Source: Octopus bimaculoides (lineage: Eukaryota). From it: a stretch of DNA of 41,032 nucleotides. This document shows positions 34,748-41,032 of the stretch, piece by piece; position 1 is the first letter of the stretch; the number at the start of each line of letters is the position of its first letter. Below the pieces are notes generated by a model that worked only from the letters and a program-made list of their open reading frames with translations, searched no databases and was not told the origin of the DNA. The position numbers and the translations under genes are program-made. The stretch is from NCBI RefSeq assembly GCF_001194135.2, contig NC_068988.1, forward strand, positions 68,710,985 through 68,752,016, read 5' to 3'.

Positions 34748-34960
34748 GGTAATTTGTAATTCATATTGATAGCTTTTAAATTTTAGGCTAAAATATAGTT
34801 TAAAAAATTTGGAAATTTCACATCATTGAAATATATACAGAATATTATAGCTCTTTGTCCTCTTAATGGCTTAAAATCTTAATATAATTCTTCTCTTGAA
34901 AAGCTTTTACGAAAATTTTGTAAATTAAAGTATCCTCAATGTTTTTTCCCTTTTCTTTAA

Positions 34961-35408
34961 NNNNNNNNNNNNNNNNNNNNNNNNNNNNNNNNNNNNNNNN
35001 NNNNNNNNNNNNNNNNNNNNNNNNNNNNNNNNNNNNNNNNNNNNNNNNNNNNNNNNNNNNNNNNNNNNNNNNNNNNNNNNNNNNNNNNNNNNNNNNNNNN
35101 NNNNNNNNNNNNNNNNNNNNNNNNNNNNNNNNNNNNNNNNNNNNNNNNNNNNNNNNNNNNNNNNNNNNNNNNNNNNNNNNNNNNNNNNNNNNNNNNNNNN
35201 NNNNNNNNNNNNNNNNNNNNNNNNNNNNNNNNNNNNNNNNNNNNNNNNNNNNNNNNNNNNNNNNNNNNNNNNNNNNNNNNNNNNNNNNNNNNNNNNNNNN
35301 NNNNNNNNNNNNNNNNNNNNNNNNNNNNNNNNNNNNNNNNNNNNNNNNNNNNNNNNNNNNNNNNNNNNNNNNNNNNNNNNNNNNNNNNNNNNNNNNNNNN
35401 NNNNNNNN

Positions 35409-35456
<48 letters not shown>

Positions 35457-35465
35457 TATATGCAT
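34961..35465. other. Assembly gap (N 34961-35408) followed by (TA)n(TATG)n
   Basis: Directly visible. Confidence 0.99.
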
Positions 35466-35844
35466 ACAATGAAGCCTAGTGCAGTCTTTTGCTTAACCAG
35501 TTCCTGTCATCAACTGATATTAATGATGATATATGAAATGTGTTTCCTCTGCCATTACCATGAGTACCTTCATGCCATTATCGCTCTCATTGCTACTCTT
35601 CACATCATCTATAACATCGTCATCATCACAATCCTTAACATCGACAGAAAATCTACTCACATCACTTTCTCTACGTCCATTACCTCCATTTCATCACAAG
35701 CCCCTAAACAACTTTTTATCCACTGTCTCTCACCTACGTCCCCACATGTATCGATATGATTCATCCATATATATATATACATATAAGAGGTATTGGTATC
35801 CAGGAGAATATTTCTAATATTTCCCTCTATTTAACCATCATACA

Positions 35845-35903
35845 ACGTCGCTGATGAAGGGATATCCCTATATTCCTAATATCCCAGAAACACCTGTAAG
35901 ACC
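35845..35903 (+). ncRNA. Hammerhead-like fold with an intact catalytic core, probably a PLE pLTR relic
   Basis: CTGATGA at 35851-35857. Stem II is GGGATAT (35859-65)/ATATCCC (35879-85). GAAA at 35887-90. Stem III ACA-cc-TGT is one change from palindromic ACAGCTGT. Cleavage triplet GTA. Stem I is weak (gtc/gac only). Confidence 0.45.
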
Positions 35904-35969
35904 AACTTTCTCTTTGTAAATGTCCTGAAAATTCCACACACCCTTGGCTTTGTTGTCTCATTTTATATA

Positions 35970-36062
35970 ACACACACACACACACACATGCACACACACA
36001 CACATACATACACACGCACATACACACGCACACACACATGCACACACATATACATATGTGAT
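35970..36062. repeat. Imperfect (CA)n microsatellite
   Basis: Directly visible. Confidence 0.95.
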
Positions 36063-36259
36063 ACATTTATGCATGTATATATGTTTTTTCTACTGTATGT
36101 GTATATCTAGCTATGATCACAACCTCAAGCAATCTCTGAAATTCCTTCAAAGACCAACTTAAATTTGGAAGAGGGCCCTTACAAATTATTCTCACTCTTT
36201 TTATCAACATCTATTAAGCACACATTTTTCATCTTTTCTACCATCCTCAGACAACTATG

Positions 36260-36261
<2 letters not shown>

Positions 36262-36303
<42 letters not shown>

Positions 36304-36456
36304 GCGTGTGCGTGTGTATGTGTGCGTATCTGAGTGTGTGTGTGTCTGTGTGTGTGTGCGTGCACTTGTGTCCTGAGTGTGTGCACAGAAACATACGCAC
36401 GCACACAGATGGATGAATGGATGGAGGGATGGAGGGATGGAGGGAGGGAGGGATGG
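36262..36456. repeat. (TG)n compound microsatellite followed by (GGAT/GGAG)n
   Basis: Directly visible. Confidence 0.95.
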
Positions 36457-37310
36457 ATTGTTCTGTTGAGATCAAATGAGGAAGCGAAAATCTGATTATG
36501 CAAGAAAATCAATTTAATGTATTCAGCAACATCGAATTTTATGCTGAGAGGATTGAAAATCGGGGTAGAATTTCTTTTAAGTTAAACTGAACATTCATTT
36601 TGCCACCATGCCACAATTTTTCACCCGAATCAAAAACTGCCAATTGATCCGTTTCCTTCTCGGCTACTAGGATCTAGATATCCCTTTTTGCTCATGCTTT
36701 TCTTTAAATATTTAACCCACAAATATTGCTGAACATTAACTTCATTAATCTAATCAGACTAGCAGATAATCCTGAAAATGCTAGGTCGACCGCCCTCCTT
36801 CTGAATGATATGACACAGCATTGATATTCTGAAGAGATATACTTCCCAGTATATACTTCCCACTGGAAATAATTCATGAGATCATTAACGAGTACTATTC
36901 TCAAAACAAAGCAATCGCTGAATATTTACGAAGGATGTAATATCTACATCCCAATGCAGTTTTAAATTATAAACAGAAAGCCATTAAACAAATGCATCTT
37001 ACGCGGCAGTTGATCTCAGGGTTTAACACAAGAACTGTTCTAAGAACTTGCATATAAAAAATAAACAGGTGAGAAAAGAAACACTCTTCACATGATAAAA
37101 TGGTTAGCACAGGTATTTTTCCCAGCATTTAAAATGATAGCGATAGTGACTGGAATATGACCTCTCTTGAAATTGTGAGCATTTATGTCATGATCTAAAA
37201 ATACAGTTCTCAAATACAAGATCAAATGGAAGCTGTATGATACCATTTGATAAAGATAGACATTAGCCTTCGTGAACTCTCATGGTGTGACCAAAACTAT
37301 CAAGTATCTA

Positions 37311-38626
37311 TCTGGTCATCCCATAAGTTTTGTCCGAATTATGACTTCCTTCCATCTATTTACAGGCCTTTTAATCCCACCAATGTAAAACTTGGTTTCA
37401 AAGCAAAGAACTCTGCAATGTCAGTTTCGACCTCCTCCTGGCTTGCGAAATTTATGTCCCCCAAATGNNNNNNNNNNNNNNNNNNNNNNNNNNNNNNNNN
37501 NNNNNNNNNNNNNNNNNNNNNNNNNNNNNNNNNNNNNNNNNNNNNNNNNNNNNNNNNNNNNNNNNNNNNNNNNNNNNNNNNNNNNNNNNNNNNNNNNNNN
37601 NNNNNNNNNNNNNNNNNNNNNNNNNNNNNNNNNNNNNNNNNNNNNNNNNNNNNNNNNNNNNNNNNNNNNNNNNNNNNNNNNNNNNNNNNNNNNNNNNNNN
37701 NNNNNNNNNNNNNNNGATGAAACATCACTCCTTTTCGATTCACTAAAGCGGGTCTTTTTCCTTCAAAGCTTGGTTCAAACTCTCTAATTGCTGATAGTAG
37801 ACTTGAGCATTGATTGTTGCATTAGGTGGTAACAATTCAAAGTGAATTATTCCTTTGCAATCCCACCAGATAGAGAGAAGAACCTTTTTCCCATGAATTT
37901 CCCTTCTCGGTTGTGGTTGAGCTTTTTCCCTTTTACCAAGCCACTGTTTACGACGTTTAACATTTTGATAGAAGATCCATTTTTCGTCACTAGACACAAG
38001 TCTATCCAAAAAGGGTGAAATGAGTTAGCGATGAGAGAAGAGCAGATGTCAACTCGGGATTTGCGGTTGCTTTCGGACAATTCATGAGGCACCCATTGTC
38101 CAAGTTTAGGAATCTTTCTAAATTGTTCAAGATGACGATGAATAGTTGTATGGTTTGAACTAAGCTTTATTGTCAATTCTTCAACTGATAATGCAGGATT
38201 TCCTTCAAGTTATGTCCTCAAGGAGCTTATCATCAAACTCAACAGGACGTCCTGTTCGATCTTCGTCTTCAAGACTGAAATTTCCACTTTTGAATTTTGC
38301 AAACCATCTTCTGCAAGTTCTTTCATTCAAGCATTCTTTCCCAATAAACTGAGTGTATGTTTCGAGTCGCTTTGGTTACAGAGTTTCCTTTTTTGTACTC
38401 ATAAAGTATTATATGCCTTAAATGCTCTTTGTATGCTTCCATGTTAGAAAGGGTTTTAATCAAAGAAGTATTTATTCTATTATTCTGTCAAATAATATTT
38501 AATTAGTTTAAATGTACACAAATGAATAAAAATAACTTTTAATTTCATTAGACATTCTAAAATACTATCAAATTTCATTTGATTTTAAAAAAGTTAAAAT
38601 CGGACAAGACTTATGGGATGACCTGA
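37311..38626 (-). mobile_element. Mariner transposon (DD34D-type) with both TIRs and a TA TSD; transposase frameshifted
   Basis: TIRs are TA|tctggtcatcccataagttttgtccga (37311-) and tcggacaagacttatgggatgacctga|TA (-38626). From ATG 38442 on the minus strand: MEAYKEHLRHIILYEY...RWFAKFKSG...GRP...WVPHEL...DEKW...KVLLSIWWD. At least three frameshifts. The second and third catalytic Asp fall in gap N 37468-37715, so DD34D is inferred from the WVPHEL/DEKW motifs. Confidence 0.93.
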
Positions 38627-38783
38627 TAATATGTATGTAGATATGGCATGAACAGTTTTCTTGTCATCAAGCTACCTTTCTCCATCTTAGGCATGACGTT
38701 GTTACAAAGATAACAGACAATGTAGTCAGGAAGGGACACTGCCTGGTAAATAGATGTGAAAGTATTTGGGAATTGAGTATATT

Positions 38784-38990
38784 CTTTTCTACTCTAGGCA
38801 CAAAATCCAAAATTTTGGAGGAGGGGGACAGATCGACTCCAGTACGCAACTGGTACTTAACTTACCGGCCTCGAAGGAATGAAAGGCAAAGCTGACTTCG
38901 GCAGAATTTGAACTCAGAACGTAAAAACAGACGATACACCGCTAAGCATTTCGCCCGGCGTGCTAACGTTTCTGCTAGCTCGCCGCCTTA
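38784..38990 (-). mobile_element. Full-length tRNA-derived SINE (second family) with a perfect 13-bp TSD
   Basis: Minus head taaggcggcgagctagcagaaacgttagc...gagttcaaattctgcc. TSD aattgagtatatt at 38771-38783 and 38991-39003. Confidence 0.93.
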
Positions 38991-39032
38991 AATTGAGTAT
39001 ATTAGTACACGAATAATTTCATTCAAACCACA

Positions 39033-39190
39033 GTACAGTAGATCACAAAGGGCACAACAGATCAGAAACCCTACAACAGATCTAAAAGGCAACAACTGAA
39101 CTGAAATTTCACAAGAGCTTAGAAAACTTACAAGATCTGAAAGATTACGACAAATCTGAAAGCGTACAACAAATTTAAAGTACTACGAAA
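39033..39190 (+). repeat. Degenerate minisatellite, ~17-20-bp unit (consensus ~acaacagatctgaaag...)
   Basis: Units include acaacagatcagaaaccct, acaacagatctaaaaggc, acaagatctgaaagatt, acgacaaatctgaaagcgt and acaacaaatttaaagtact. Confidence 0.65.
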
Positions 39191-39199
39191 ATTAATAAA

Positions 39200-39390
39200 G
39201 AAGACTATCTGGTCACTTGACCTATTGAAATTAACAGATAAATTTTCCTCAAATCACAATCTACTCTCATGAAAAAATGGAAATTATGTACTGGATATTG
39301 TGATTCTAGATGCTCATAAAAAGGTAGAATAGTCAAGGCCGGAATGTCTTTGATTGTAAGTCTGCTATCTAATTATAGCAGACCTGGGGA
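39200..39390. mobile_element. Interspersed repeat, family unassigned
   Basis: Has a diverged inverted partner near 10635-10790. Recognised from memory as resembling a common cephalopod repeat; not verified. Confidence 0.4.
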
Positions 39391-39429
39391 TAAGCAACAG
39401 CAACAAAAAAAATTAAAAGTTTATTTTAT

Positions 39430-39960
39430 TTATTGGGTCTGGAGTTTTGGACACTCTGAAGTCTCTTTGAGATCGATGAGATTGATGCCATTAGTATTTT
39501 GCAAGAGAATGACAGCCAGAAAGACATGTTCAAGAAGCATTCAAGAAAACAGACGTTCTGGGAAGAAAGAATATGTGTTGGCCATGTGGGGACAGGGGCC
39601 TGGACATATCATAGGCAATTAAAGGTGGAGAAACAAATTAATCGCAAGTGCCCGAGAGGAAGTATATGAAAGAATCCAGCTTCAATGATCATAGGCCTTT
39701 GTAGGAACGTAGAAAAAGCAGGGAGAAGCAACAGCATGTGTGTCAAATATTGGATGTATTTGTAATTGACTCTATGCCAGTCATTTGAGTAGCCTTTCTC
39801 TGGAATATATTTGTGTGCAGCAAGAGTACTGTCTCAATTCTGGGAACAGTATCCCACTGTGGGTCTCACCTGAACTTTATAGAAAGTAAGTAGTTATTGA
39901 ATCTGCAGTATTTGGGAGTTTGAAACAGTGTAGAAAATAGCAACCCAACCAATATGAATG
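39430..39960 (-). mobile_element. Decayed CR1/L2-group LINE 3' fragment (same type as 23400-24960)
   Basis: Minus strand YKVQVRPTVGYCSQN*DST is a decayed YK..VRP.MEYCSHIWDG motif, followed by a weak HRR.VASL.LFY-like block. Confidence 0.6.
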
Positions 39961-40124
39961 TTTTATCTTAAAATTTAACAAATTATCTGTTGACAACTGC
40001 TTCAAAACCTACTGTGCCTGTACTTAGATTGTGCATTTATGACTGAATGATTCACAGCCTTGTTTACATCAATTATTGTTTCAGTAATGAAGAGAGGATT
40101 TTCATGCTAAGAATCAGAACATCA

Positions 40125-40301
<177 letters not shown>

Positions 40302-41004
40302 CAGCCTACAAATGCAATCCGTAATCAAGCAGTAAAAAATATGTATTTTCTCAATTGCAGCAGGAAACTCGTACCTCTTGTAAACATGTCAAATCAGGTG
40401 AAGAATTTTTGCTTCTTAGTTTGATATAAACACTTTTCTTCACAAGAAAATTTAACGGAGTTAAAATAGGAAGAGACATACACATATTTCCGTTATGCTT
40501 TTGTACTTTGTAATTTAATATCAAACATAAACAACTGTGGTTATTGTAATAGAATATACGCAAGTTGTTTTCCAGCACGATGAAAAAGCATGCTTGTGTA
40601 AATAACGATTTCAAAAGTAATGAAAATATACACTTACACCTGCTAAGCACATACCATCGTTTTACTTTTTGAAGGTGTTTCAATCTAGTATCATTTTCCA
40701 GAGAAATTAAATATAATTTTATTAACAGGGTGTGCTTTTCTAATGCCTACAGAGTGGCTTTCACAATTTTTAGATCTCCACAGCGATGCTTTAGGGGAAA
40801 AAATATTTCCTGTAAACATGTTCCACAAGAATTTTACATAATCTTACAGAGTTGCAGCAGGATATTATGCTATGGCTATCAAACATCTCACAACTTTCAA
40901 TTTATTCGATATTTGACTTGCAAAAATTTGGCAATACAAATTCAAATTTCCAACAGGATATATACATCTTTTTCTTTCTCTCTCCTCTCTCCTTCATTCT
41001 CATT

Positions 41005-41032
41005 CATATATATATATATATATATATATATA
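41005..41032. repeat. (TA)n microsatellite at the window end
   Basis: Directly visible. Confidence 0.97.

Noticed and set aside
35500-35750. Minus-strand acidic frame (DVKDCDDDDVIDDVKSSNESD)
   Set aside because: Bounded by stops, no in-frame acceptor, and the composition fits a decayed (CAT)n-type repeat.
36820-36880. CTGAAGA...GAAA with an internal atatac/gtatat hairpin
   Set aside because: The hairpin arises from a 12-bp tandem duplication, and stems I and III do not form.

Overview
AT-rich, microsatellite-dense eukaryotic DNA with seven assembly gaps and no host gene exon I can support. The SINE families and repeat landscape look like a coleoid cephalopod, most likely Octopus; this is recognition, not a database result. 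The window is a transposon graveyard. It holds three R4/Dong-type RLE retrotransposon pieces (1-2980), a DD37D maT transposon fragment, and a near-full-length Penelope-like element (PLE) flanked by ~390-bp inverted pseudo-LTRs (4211-7147). Further along are a 5'-truncated RTE LINE ending in three C2H2 fingers (15377-18068), a second PLE (18275-19965), two CR1-group LINE fragments, and two stacked 5'-only L1/Tx1 elements (25840-28940). A TIR-bounded mariner (37311-38626), a mariner MITE, many tRNA-derived SINEs and many simple repeats make up the rest. All TE ORFs carry stops or frameshifts. The most novel-looking signal is a ~937-bp unit (595-1531) bounded by a 20-bp direct repeat. It combines a TATA-like box, a hammerhead ribozyme fold and an internally deleted R4/Dong element with a (TAA)n tail. 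Four hammerhead-like folds were found in total (655, 4295, 7024, 35845). All structures were aligned by eye and many boundaries are approximate.
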